A stretch of DNA of 64,000 bases. Origin: Obrimoposthia wandeli. Taxonomy: Eukaryota. The translations under genes and the position numbers were made by a program. Each line of letters starts with the position of its first letter. The stretch's first letter is position 1. Where the stretch lies: assembly GCA_977020255.1 (NCBI GenBank), contig CDROCS010005890.1:1-64000 (forward strand), read 5' to 3'. Below, in pieces: positions 1 to 9,138 of this stretch. The notes under the pieces were generated by a model. That model saw nothing but the letters and a program-made list of their open reading frames with translations. It was not told where the DNA came from and made no database searches.

Positions 1-1
1 A

Positions 2-188
2 TGTCCAATTTATGCTGATGATGGAGCGATAAACTTAGCGATCATTAGACAAAAATTATTGAATTTAATCAAGGCGCACCCACTAAAAGATAGTGTTACC
101 GGTAAGATGCAACGCGCATGCTGGGACGCTAAATTCAGAGCTGAGATATTGTTTGGTCAGAAATCAACCAAAGCATAATCCCACCCTG
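2..188 (+). mobile_element. 3' end of an ISAs1-family insertion sequence (transposase C-terminus 2..178 plus right end)
   Basis: Frame 2 reads CPIYADDGAINLAIIRQKLLNLIKAHPLKDSVTGKMQRACWDAKFRAEILFGQKSTKA*, resembling the ISAs1 (H-repeat) transposase C-terminus. It is followed by ...CCACCCTG, i.e. CAGGG on the minus strand, the typical ISAs1 terminus. The left end lies outside the window. Confidence 0.8.
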
Positions 189-263
189 AGCTAAACTCAG
201 TAACAAACTAATCATTATTAAGCCGAGAGTCACCTTTAGTCTTTTCATAACCCGTTCTTTCAT
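189..263 (-). pseudogene. N-terminal stub of a secreted-protein gene interrupted by the ISAs1 element
   Basis: The minus strand has an AAGGA RBS then ATG at 263, giving MKERVMKRLKVTLGLIMISLLLSLA, which is signal-peptide-like. The frame runs directly into the IS end at 188. Confidence 0.55.
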
Positions 264-355
264 ATGCAGTCCTTTAATGTTTATAAATTATTGTTAATCT
301 TCATATCACTGTTTGATGTCATACGAGAGGCATGACATCAAAAATTGGTTGGCTT

Positions 356-546
356 TATGCCCAAGCCACTTGAAGATGAGGGTTGTGCAAGTCGATAAAG
401 CGGTAGCACCAAAGCATTGATTGAAGACGACACCATGGATGGTGAAGGTAGAGCGAAGCCGGATGCCAGAGCCGAGAGTCGTTGTTCCATTGTCGAAATC
501 AATAACGCCACAGATGCCCCTTTATCGTATTGCCCGAAGGGAGCTG
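356..546 (+). repeat. ERIC-like miniature element, copy A (left end plus internal modules; right end missing)
   Basis: Starts TATGCCCAAGCCACTTGAAGATG and is colinear and near-identical to about 12712-12903 over about 190 bp. No right terminus is seen. Confidence 0.9.
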
Positions 547-563
547 AATTATCTAGCGTTCAA

Positions 564-1247
564 CTAAATATCAGTATCGTCAGAGAAGCCAACACCAAAT
601 GAAATACTGTTGCCCTTGCCAATATCAAACTCTACACCTGTTGATAATCTGTAACCAAGTTTCCAAGCGCTATCCTGTTGAGTTTCAACAGCAGAATTAA
701 AGCGATTATTTGCGTTTATCAGGCCAATACTTGCTTGCATGTAAGGGGCTATATTTTCAAATATATGCAGTTTTTTTACATTAACGCTACCAAGTAGAGT
801 AATTTCCTGATATTTACCGTCAATATTTACTGTCCTTTCCGTTCTGTTATCCACTAAGCCATCAGTAAAAGTAAGCTTATGATCAGTCTGGAAATGACCA
901 GAAAAGTTCGTTGTGGCATAATTTATTTCGACACTTTTGCTGATGACCCAATCATGAGTCAGCGTTGTGGTTTTTATTAAGCCAAGGCTAAAAGACTCCG
1001 TTAAACCTTGTTGCTGAACGTCAAAACCTTCCACCCCAATATTTTTATTTTGACCAATACCTAATGAGAAATAAGGCTGATACTCTCTGATATTCATGCT
1101 GCTCATATCTAGTATTAACGATTCATCAAAATCATTATTCGCCAGGCTACTTTCACTAAAGCTCAAAGCTACAGTAAATAAAATGGCGCATAATATGCGA
1201 TTGATTTTTGCACTTATCAAGCGTTGCTGATTATTATAGAGTCTCAT
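564..1247 (-). CDS. Putative outer-membrane beta-barrel / exported hypothetical protein
   Basis: 227 aa with an N-terminal signal-like segment and amphipathic beta-strand patterns (PYFSLGIG, LGYRLSTGVEFDIG, ISFGVGF). Overlaps the stop of the HTH gene. Confidence 0.65.
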   Translation of the reverse strand: MRLYNNQQRLISAKINRILCAILFTVALSFSESSLANNDFDESLILDMSSMNIREYQPYFSLGIGQNKNIGVEGFDVQQQGLTESFSLGLIKTTTLTHDWVISKSVEINYATTNFSGHFQTDHKLTFTDGLVDNRTERTVNIDGKYQEITLLGSVNVKKLHIFENIAPYMQASIGLINANNRFNSAVETQQDSAWKLGYRLSTGVEFDIGKGNSISFGVGFSDDTDI

Positions 1248-1461
1248 TACATTCTTCCCGTTGTTGATAAATTAATATATCGCCTGGTAAACAATTTAAC
1301 GCCTGACAAATAGCATCTAAGGTTGAAAAGCGAATAGCTTTAGCCCGACCACTTTTTAAGACAGACAAGTTTTGCGGCGTAATACCGATAAGTTGTGCTA
1401 GGTCGTTCGACTTCATTTTTCGTTTTGCCAGCATGACGTCTAATTCAATTACTATCGCCAT
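1234..1461 (-). CDS. XRE/Cro-family HTH transcriptional regulator (YozG-like)
   Basis: MAIVIELDVMLAKRKM...LAQLIGITPQNLSVLKSGRAKAIRFSTLDAICQALNCLPGDIL is the typical YozG-like sequence. Translationally coupled to the DUF2975 gene. Confidence 0.92.
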   Translation of the reverse strand: MAIVIELDVMLAKRKMKSNDLAQLIGITPQNLSVLKSGRAKAIRFSTLDAICQALNCLPGDILIYQQREECNETL

Positions 1462-2033
1462 TAGATCACCAACTCTTGCTGCTCTTGAATAAGCATGCCT
1501 TCCTGCATTATCCAGGCAATAACGTAAATAACACCACCGATAAGCAGATAATTAAGCTCAGTTGAGCCGAAGTTGATAATAATAGCTAAGCTGTCACTCA
1601 GCCCTGTAAAGCGAATAAACAATGTCACTAGCACAGGATAAATAAGGTTTAACAGCAACCAAAACAGTAAGGTTTTACCCAACATTTTCAAACAGTAAAT
1701 GGTATTAGATGTGAAAATTTCACCACGTTGATAATAAGAAAACAAACGTAACAAAAAGAAATAGATCAGAAAATAAGGCAGTATCTCCGCTCCGCCTAAA
1801 ATTAATGTCGTATTGAAATGCTCTTCCTGCAGGCTTTTAGCGATATGTTGCCAAGAATGATTAAATTCGATAGTAAAATCGCTATTAAATAAACCAAAAT
1901 TGACAATGGCTTGTTGTCCAACGCCAGTATTTTCACCTAGTGTTGCGACCAGAACAAAAGCCAGTAATTGCAAAGTAGCAAGGATAAAAATCAGATAACG
2001 AATATATTGACTTAAACGTGAAATTTTTGACAT
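1461..2033 (-). CDS. DUF2975-family membrane protein
   Basis: About 4 TM helices, GEIFT motif and C-terminal IAWIMQEG...QEQQELVI. Canonical pairing with a YozG-like HTH gene. Confidence 0.85.
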   Translation of the reverse strand: MSKISRLSQYIRYLIFILATLQLLAFVLVATLGENTGVGQQAIVNFGLFNSDFTIEFNHSWQHIAKSLQEEHFNTTLILGGAEILPYFLIYFFLLRLFSYYQRGEIFTSNTIYCLKMLGKTLLFWLLLNLIYPVLVTLFIRFTGLSDSLAIIINFGSTELNYLLIGGVIYVIAWIMQEGMLIQEQQELVI

Positions 2034-2215
2034 GTAGATGTTAGCTCAAAGTAATAAGTAACCTTAAACTAACATATATAATTATAAAAACAATAAGTAA
2101 TTATCGATTATCGATAAGTTTTAAATCTAAAACAGTCATAAAACGATGAGGCGTTGTAGGCGAAATCCAATGACTGAACAATAAGAAACCAAAAAAAAAC
2201 CAAAAAATATAATAA

Positions 2216-3136
2216 CTATGGCACTGACTGACCGTTTCTAGCTTCTAATAATCGGTACCAATCTTCGCGCGAGTAGTCTAGCGTTAGTGCTTTTTTAGCC
2301 GCGATGATACGCTCAGGTGTGGTTGAGCCTATAATAGGGCAAATATTAGCCGGATGCTTTAACAACCAAGCTAAAATAACTTGCCAGGGAGCACAGCCAT
2401 ACTTTTCACCCTGTTTAGCTAGTTCGTTTTCAATGCGCTGTTCATCGTCAGCTGAAAAGGTATTTCCCCAAGCTGAATAGGCGACACCGCCAAGCGGACA
2501 CCAGGCAATAGGTGTAATACCATGCTGCTGACATTGATCTAACGTGCCATCAAGCAAGGTGTCGATGTTATGAATATTAATTTCAACTTGATTAACCAAC
2601 AAGGGCATTGAAACTTTCGACTTTAATAACTCAAATTGAGAAGGTTTAAAATTACTCACACCAAAATGTTTAACTTTACCACTGGCTTTTAACAGCGCAA
2701 AGGTGTCTGCAACTTCTTCAACATCGAATAAATAATCAGGACGGTGCAGTAAGAACATATCTAAGTGATCAGTGTTTAAACGCAGCAATGAGCCCTCAAC
2801 ACTTTTCATCAAATAACGTTGGCTAAAGTCATAGCGTGTAGGCGCGTAGCTATCCTGATCATTATTTCGTGGACGAATACCTGCTTTAGAGGTCAAAATC
2901 ATTTGCTCACGCAAATGCGGTTTTTCGGCTAACAACTCACCAAATAAACTTTCACATGTGCCAGCACCATAAATGTCTGCATGATCAAAATGATTATAAC
3001 CCGCTTCTAGCGCTGTCATTATCGCTTGCTTACCTTTATTACGATCACTTTCACTATTGTCACCGGCAATACGCATGCAGCCGTAAATCAAACGCGAAGA
3101 TTCGATATCTGAATGAGCTATTGAAATTTTTTTCAT
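2216..3136 (-). CDS. Aldo/keto reductase (YdhF-like)
   Basis: Motifs FDHADIYG, SKAGI, LNTDHLDMFLLHRPD, HFGVSNF, AWCPLGG and PIIGST. Confidence 0.93.
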   Translation of the reverse strand: MKKISIAHSDIESSRLIYGCMRIAGDNSESDRNKGKQAIMTALEAGYNHFDHADIYGAGTCESLFGELLAEKPHLREQMILTSKAGIRPRNNDQDSYAPTRYDFSQRYLMKSVEGSLLRLNTDHLDMFLLHRPDYLFDVEEVADTFALLKASGKVKHFGVSNFKPSQFELLKSKVSMPLLVNQVEINIHNIDTLLDGTLDQCQQHGITPIAWCPLGGVAYSAWGNTFSADDEQRIENELAKQGEKYGCAPWQVILAWLLKHPANICPIIGSTTPERIIAAKKALTLDYSREDWYRLLEARNGQSVP

Positions 3137-3155
3137 TTTTATTCCTAGCCGTTAT

Positions 3156-4997
3156 CTATTTAACTAAAACTAATTGAGCCCATTTGGCTGGTATTTTTAG
3201 CTTAAGTACATCATTTTTTACGGTATATGTTTCGGATGTCATTAGATCTAAAAACTGATATTTGTTCTTAGTAGATAGCTCTATTTCTTTTTCTAAATTC
3301 GAGTTATTAAATATTACCCAGACCTTTTCTCCACGATACTCTCGTTCGTATCCATAGATGTTATTTTCATCATCAATAAGTAAACTTTTAAAGCTACCTA
3401 ACTGCAATGAATGATGGTTATTTCTAATTGAAATCAGTTTCTTATAAAAAGAAATCAACCCATCATTTACCGCCACTATATCTGCAAAATCTTTATTTCT
3501 CACGGTGCCATTTGGTAAGTAACGCTCATTTTCATAGACAATATCATCCCATATCATTGGCTTTCGACTATCAGGATCATTCCCACCCCACATGCCAACT
3601 TCATCACCGTAATAAACCATCGGGGCGCCAACATATGTCATCTGCAAAATAACAAATAGCTTTTGTAGCCGTATTTCTTCTAGATTAGGCTTCCTCACAT
3701 TATATTTAGCATTATTGCCTGCAATTGATGCGTTAAAATATTCACCCCAATTTCTAAAGTTTTCAATACCTCGGTTAACAATATGAGAACCAATTCTATT
3801 CGAGTCATGACTACCAAATAAATTTTGATTAACATATGCCACACCTTCAGGATAAAGATTTCGAAGCTTTTGTAGTTCATTGTCAAATTGAGAAGGTAAA
3901 ATATTCATACCATCGGGATTAAATAAGAATTCAGCCGCTGTAAAAGCAAAGTTATAATTCATTTCACCATCAAATTCATCACCTTGCATATAAGGTTGTA
4001 CATTTTCGGGCTTATCAACAATTTCTGCGGTTAAATATGCTTGCGGGTTAATACTTTTAACCAGCTTACGCCAGTCTTTCCAAAAGGCATGCTCTACTTC
4101 AAAGGCGACATCTAAACGCCAACCATCAATTCCGAATTGACTCCCTTGACCTTTAGGGTTCATCCAACGTTTTGTTGCATTAAAAATATAATCCTTAGGA
4201 CCTTTAACTATTCCCTGATCATTTTCTCGCCATTCAGGCAAGGACTTAACACCAAACCAACCTTCGTAATCAAATGTTGTGCCTTTTTCTTTGTCATCAA
4301 AACTATTAACAGTGAACCAATCTTTATAAGGAGATTTTTGCTGCTTTTCCTTCAAATCTTTAAAAGCAAAACTATTAACACCCATATGATTGAAAACGCC
4401 ATCAAAAATCACTTTAATGTCACGTTTGTGAGCTTCTGCAATTAACTTCAAAGCAAGCTCATCGGCCTTAGTCCATTTCCATGTTGATGGGTCTAATGCT
4501 ATTTCTTTTGACATTATGGCTCTATCACCTTCAGGATCAGGGCCAAAATTAGGGTCTATATGGTGGTAGCTCGCGCCATCATATTTATGCAATGAAGGAG
4601 AATCAAAGACAGGGTTCAAATATACGGCATTAATACCTAGCTCAGCTAAATAGTCTAACTTATCAATAATACCTTGCAAATCACCGCCATACCTTCTGCG
4701 TAATAAATGTTTCCATAACTCAGGTTCACCATTAATTTGTTCGTATGCTTGCCGTTTATACCAATCACTTCCCCAGGAATGCACTTGCCATGCTTTTGGT
4801 GCTTCAACTGGATCAGCACCTAAAATGTCCTTTAATTTTGGGTTGTTATTTACATCACCATCTCGAAATCGTTCTGGAAATATTTGATACCAAATAGCCG
4901 ATTTAGCCCATTGAGGAACAAATTCTTTATCTATTGAACCAGCAGAGCATGAAAAGGCGAGTGATAATAAAGAAATTAACGTTATTTTTTTAAGCAT
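3156..4997 (-). CDS. GH13 neopullulanase/cyclomaltodextrinase-like alpha-glucan hydrolase, exported
   Basis: Motifs WYQIFPERF, YGGDLQGI, YLNPVF, DGVFNH, GIDGWRLDVA (nucleophile), AEI (acid/base) and GSHD. N-terminal signal peptide. Confidence 0.92.
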   Translation of the reverse strand: MLKKITLISLLSLAFSCSAGSIDKEFVPQWAKSAIWYQIFPERFRDGDVNNNPKLKDILGADPVEAPKAWQVHSWGSDWYKRQAYEQINGEPELWKHLLRRRYGGDLQGIIDKLDYLAELGINAVYLNPVFDSPSLHKYDGASYHHIDPNFGPDPEGDRAIMSKEIALDPSTWKWTKADELALKLIAEAHKRDIKVIFDGVFNHMGVNSFAFKDLKEKQQKSPYKDWFTVNSFDDKEKGTTFDYEGWFGVKSLPEWRENDQGIVKGPKDYIFNATKRWMNPKGQGSQFGIDGWRLDVAFEVEHAFWKDWRKLVKSINPQAYLTAEIVDKPENVQPYMQGDEFDGEMNYNFAFTAAEFLFNPDGMNILPSQFDNELQKLRNLYPEGVAYVNQNLFGSHDSNRIGSHIVNRGIENFRNWGEYFNASIAGNNAKYNVRKPNLEEIRLQKLFVILQMTYVGAPMVYYGDEVGMWGGNDPDSRKPMIWDDIVYENERYLPNGTVRNKDFADIVAVNDGLISFYKKLISIRNNHHSLQLGSFKSLLIDDENNIYGYEREYRGEKVWVIFNNSNLEKEIELSTKNKYQFLDLMTSETYTVKNDVLKLKIPAKWAQLVLVK

Positions 4998-5085
4998 ACT
5001 TGTGTTCCATGATTATATGTGATGAATTTTTTATTTTTAAATGTCAAAGCCCCTAAAATAGAGGCTTACTTCACTTACATCCTAG

Positions 5086-7347
5086 CTACTGAAAGAAAGC
5101 TTGTGGTAAATCTAGCACTCCAGCAGGGGCTGAAGATGATATTGCACTGCGATTATTACCGCTTTCCCAAGTCACATTACCAGCGCCATCTTTCAAAATA
5201 TATTTATACTGAAAGCTTGTTCCTTTAGGTACGCTTACGGGAAGGAACCAATCGGAAACATTGGCGGGATCAGGGTTATGAAAGGCATCAATAGCTTTAG
5301 CAGGATCCCAATTACCTAGCTCTGCAATACTGCCGACGACATAAACATTTTGTCCTAATGCCGTATTTTTTTGCACATGAAAAATCATTTGATTTTGATC
5401 TCCTGATAACACATCAAAAATAAAGTTGTTACTCGTTATACTACTTTTTGTCACCGTGACATTGCTTTCTCCTGCTGCCACGTTAGGTACTTTGACTTTA
5501 ATGTGGTCATAACTGTTGGAGAGCACCGTTGCCTGCACTGAGCCAAACTTCACTTGTACATTACCATCAAGACCAGTGCCTGAAATGGTGACTTCATTAT
5601 CCTTGTGACCCGATACCGCGGTCATATCAGCAATACGGGGACTCGTACCAAGATCAGGGTTATAACTCCAAACATTAACTTCTTGCTGGTTCAATTCAAA
5701 AGTAGCTATTTTCCTATTACCGCCGACATTAATAACTGTATTAGTGCTACCGCTTAACTCACCAGTTAAAACATCAGAATAACTCCCCAAGGGTAAACTT
5801 GTTCCTAAATTAGGTACTGTATATGCATTAAAAGGGCTTCGATTAATAGCAATAATCACTTCTTTATCATAGAATTTTCGCGACATGACCAGCACATCGG
5901 CAGTCGAGTATAAAACACTCGTTAAACCATATGCTAACGCATCATTTTGTTGCCTTAGAGCTGATAATTTCTTAATAATTTTAAAAGCACGAGTATTTTC
6001 ATTAAAAGTCTTATCTTTTTGTAAAAAAACACGGCCACCACCTTCACTAGCATTTTGCCCATTAACATATTGCTCAGTACCATAATAAATATTTGGAATG
6101 CCACGGGAGCTCAACGCTGTGGCTAATGCAACTTCTAAGCTACGATGGTCATTATTTACTCTTAAAAACCTTGAAACATCATGATTATCAATAAAAGTAA
6201 CCGTTTGATTTTCGTATCCATAATCATTAGTGGTGTATTGATAAAAGTTGGCTAACGTTTGCATGTCTTCAGAGCCATTACCAAAGACATTAGTCATGGT
6301 ACGGAAAAACTCAAAATCGAGGTTATTAATGGTTGTTCTCTTCGGAAAGGAGGTGTATTCAGCATATTTTGGATCAGGTTTACCAATAAAAAACTCACCA
6401 AAATGAGTAACCGCACCGCCGGCTGCCGAATCAATAGCGTCTCTGAAGCCTTTTGCAAATGCAGGGTTCATATGTAGCGTCGCATCATGACGATAACCGT
6501 CAATACCCTTTTCTTTCCAAAAAATAGCCGCTTGCTCTAAATAGCTTACCACTTCAGGCAGTTCATGAGTAAAGTCGGCTAGCGAGCCTAAATCCCGATA
6601 ACGAAAGCCAAAACGGCTACTATCATTACCTCGGTCACCTTTACGGTGAAACCAATCGGGATTGAGTAAGCCATTGGGATCGGCTTTCAAATTATCAGAT
6701 GAACCATCGTTATTTAAGTCAATCGGATCGCCATTAGCATCAAAAGAAAAATTATTGTTAACGTCTCTATCTGGCTCATATAAACGGCCATTTTCACTAG
6801 CATTATTATTGGTAGGATTTTTCCAACGGCTGGTGTGATTTGAAACAAAATCGATCACAACTTTAATGTTATTAGCATGAAGAGCTGCAACCATATCAGT
6901 AAAATCTTTCATGCCGCCAAAATGAGCATTAGTACGGTAATAATTACTAGCATGGTAACCATGGTAACTAGAATAGATTGTTTGACTACCATCAGGTTGA
7001 TGATCAATTATTGGCTCGTCACGATTAGCATAAGGGGCTGATATCCAAACTGCAGTAATGCCCATATTTTTTAGATAAGGTATTTTGGCGATAATACCTT
7101 TGAAATCACCACCTTGATACAGTTTTAAATCATTGCCTGTACCATCAAATATTTGGCTAGAGGAGCCCACTGGCGTATTATTTGCCACATCACCATCATA
7201 AAAACGATCGGTTAATATTTGATAAACAACATCTTTAGCATTTACTGGCCCTAAACTATTTTCTGCGAATGTTGCACAAGATAGTACCGACAGCGTAAAT
7301 AAACTGCATAATGCTGATATTCTGCTAATTTTTTTTCTCATCATCAA
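5086..7347 (-). CDS. GH13 alpha-amylase/cyclodextrin glucanotransferase-like enzyme with IPT/TIG and CBM20 starch-binding domains, exported
   Basis: Motifs VYQILTDRFYDGD, YQGGDFKG, SYHGYH, DFVSNH, GIDGYRHDA, GEF and FIDNHD. C-terminal TIG-like (VTISGTGL...VKFG) and CBM20 (GQNVYVVGSIAELGNWD...WESGNNR) domains. Confidence 0.9.
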   Translation of the reverse strand: MMMRKKISRISALCSLFTLSVLSCATFAENSLGPVNAKDVVYQILTDRFYDGDVANNTPVGSSSQIFDGTGNDLKLYQGGDFKGIIAKIPYLKNMGITAVWISAPYANRDEPIIDHQPDGSQTIYSSYHGYHASNYYRTNAHFGGMKDFTDMVAALHANNIKVVIDFVSNHTSRWKNPTNNNASENGRLYEPDRDVNNNFSFDANGDPIDLNNDGSSDNLKADPNGLLNPDWFHRKGDRGNDSSRFGFRYRDLGSLADFTHELPEVVSYLEQAAIFWKEKGIDGYRHDATLHMNPAFAKGFRDAIDSAAGGAVTHFGEFFIGKPDPKYAEYTSFPKRTTINNLDFEFFRTMTNVFGNGSEDMQTLANFYQYTTNDYGYENQTVTFIDNHDVSRFLRVNNDHRSLEVALATALSSRGIPNIYYGTEQYVNGQNASEGGGRVFLQKDKTFNENTRAFKIIKKLSALRQQNDALAYGLTSVLYSTADVLVMSRKFYDKEVIIAINRSPFNAYTVPNLGTSLPLGSYSDVLTGELSGSTNTVINVGGNRKIATFELNQQEVNVWSYNPDLGTSPRIADMTAVSGHKDNEVTISGTGLDGNVQVKFGSVQATVLSNSYDHIKVKVPNVAAGESNVTVTKSSITSNNFIFDVLSGDQNQMIFHVQKNTALGQNVYVVGSIAELGNWDPAKAIDAFHNPDPANVSDWFLPVSVPKGTSFQYKYILKDGAGNVTWESGNNRSAISSSAPAGVLDLPQAFFQ

Positions 7348-7481
7348 TCCCTAATATTATTATTGAAAATACTGAAGTAGGTGTTGTGGCGTCAAACAAC
7401 ATTGATGCATTGAGTTTTATAATAGTAATACATCAAAGAGCCTAAATTTAGATTAAGACAATTTAAGCCATTGAGGCAAAA

Positions 7482-7520
7482 GCATGCATACGTATGTATG
7501 AAGTGAATACGTATGCATGC
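7482..7520. promoter_or_regulatory. Two LacI-type palindromes (TGCATACGTATGTA 7485-7498; TGAATACGTATGCA 7504-7517) that together form a terminator-like hairpin
   Basis: The same 14-mer family recurs upstream of the TonB receptor (12102, 12297). The arms GCATGCATACGTAT/ATACGTATGCATGC are a perfect inverted repeat followed by TTTT on the minus strand. Confidence 0.7.
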
Positions 7521-7547
7521 CATTTAACCAACAATAAAAAATTACGT

Positions 7548-9029
7548 TTATATAAACTCTTTATGTGTGGGCATTTGTTCGACAGTTCTATTGATAATTG
7601 TTTTTAAATTATCTAATAAATCTGTTAACTGTTCGGTGCTCAGGGTATCAACAAGTCCGTGGTAATCTTTAGGAATTAGCCCTTGCCCTATCATTACTTG
7701 CTGCCATGCTACTTCTGCAAAGAGTTCATCTTGTTCGCGAAATATTTTTCCTGACTCTTTAAATAACGTCATTTTTCGTGTTAATGATTCAGGAATATCC
7801 ATTTGTTGACATGCACGCCAAAAAGGCGAATCACTACGTTGAGTTTGTTTGTAATGCAGGATGATGAAATCACGAATTCTCAAAGATTCAATGTCAGATT
7901 GACGATTAAATTCATCGATTTCCTCGACTTTAATCCCATTATGTGGAAAAAACTTTAACAAACGCGTTGCGGCTGTTTGGATTAAATGAATATTTGTTGA
8001 TTCCAATGGTTCGAAAAAACCACTCGATAAACCTATTGCAATAACGTTTTTATTCCATTGTTTACGGCGTCTTCCTGTTCGAAAAGGAATCACTTTAGGC
8101 TCTGCTAATGGTTTGCCTTCTATACTATTGAGTAATTTTTCTTTTGCTTGTTCATCCGTTAAATGCTTATTGGAATAGACAATGCCGTTACCCATACGAT
8201 GCTGTAGTGGAATTCGCCATTGCCAACCGGCCTCATGTGCAATAGAGCGTGTGTATGGCGCAATATCACCAACTAATTCACTAGGAACCGCGATGGCTCT
8301 GTTACATGGCAACCAATGCGACCAATCATCGAAGCCTGTGCTTAAGGTTTCTTCAATAAGTAGTGCTTTTAAGCCAGTGCAATCAATGAATAAATCGCCA
8401 TCAATAGTTGTATCATTGTCTAGTATTAAGCTCGTAATATAGCCAGATTTAGGGTCCTGATTGACGGTATTAACAACCCCCTCTATACGTGTTACCCCCT
8501 GCTTTTGAGCATGTTTACGCAACAGTTTTGCATAAAGCCCAGCATCGAAATGATAAGCGTACTCAATTCCAGGTAAGTTAGTGCCTTCTATTGAGTTTAT
8601 TTTGCCAAATTTACCCTGCTTAGCTGCTCGATAGTTTAAAGAGTAATCGCCAAAATCACTATGAATACCAACCTGTTGGCTCTTAACCCAAAAGTGGTAA
8701 AAATCACAAAACGGGAAGTTTTTTCCTACACTACCAAACGCATGCATATATTTACTTTTTTTATCCTTCCAGCCTTCAAATTCAATACCTAATTTATAGG
8801 TCGCTTTAGTTTCTTTAATAAATGTTTGCTCATCAATACCGATTGCATTGTTAAAGTGAATAATGGGAGGGATCGTTGCCTCGCCAACACCAATAATACC
8901 GATGCTATCCGATTCAATTAATGTAACTTTGATAGCGTTACCTAATACTTTAATCATCAAAGCAGCCGTCAACCAACCGGCGGTGCCACCACCAACAATG
9001 ACCAAATGTTCAATTTTTTTCTTATTCAT
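7548..9029 (-). CDS. Flavin-dependent (tryptophan) halogenase-family protein
   Basis: Motifs [42 protein letters not shown] and FFEPLEST. The likely start is the ATG at 9029 (AAGGA RBS); the ORF track starts at 9047. Confidence 0.92.
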   Translation of the reverse strand: MNKKKIEHLVIVGGGTAGWLTAALMIKVLGNAIKVTLIESDSIGIIGVGEATIPPIIHFNNAIGIDEQTFIKETKATYKLGIEFEGWKDKKSKYMHAFGSVGKNFPFCDFYHFWVKSQQVGIHSDFGDYSLNYRAAKQGKFGKINSIEGTNLPGIEYAYHFDAGLYAKLLRKHAQKQGVTRIEGVVNTVNQDPKSGYITSLILDNDTTIDGDLFIDCTGLKALLIEETLSTGFDDWSHWLPCNRAIAVPSELVGDIAPYTRSIAHEAGWQWRIPLQHRMGNGIVYSNKHLTDEQAKEKLLNSIEGKPLAEPKVIPFRTGRRRKQWNKNVIAIGLSSGFFEPLESTNIHLIQTAATRLLKFFPHNGIKVEEIDEFNRQSDIESLRIRDFIILHYKQTQRSDSPFWRACQQMDIPESLTRKMTLFKESGKIFREQDELFAEVAWQQVMIGQGLIPKDYHGLVDTLSTEQLTDLLDNLKTIINRTVEQMPTHKEFI

Positions 9030-9083
9030 AATAGTCCTTAAAGCCATGCATGTAGTACAAACACTTTAGATTGCTAAGCCTAT

Positions 9084-9115
9084 AAAAAAGCCCTTGCAAA
9101 AAATGACAAGGGCTT
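9084..9115 (-). terminator. Rho-independent terminator after the TonB-dependent receptor
   Basis: AAGCCCTTG...CAAGGGCTT stem with a T6 tract on the minus strand. Confidence 0.75.
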
Positions 9116-9138
9116 AGCTTATATCAAAAAAACAGTCG

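Noticed and set aside
312-342. Hairpin TTTGATGTCAT...ATGACATCAAA as a terminator
   Set aside because: The stem is real but there is no T tract on either strand, so its function is not assignable.
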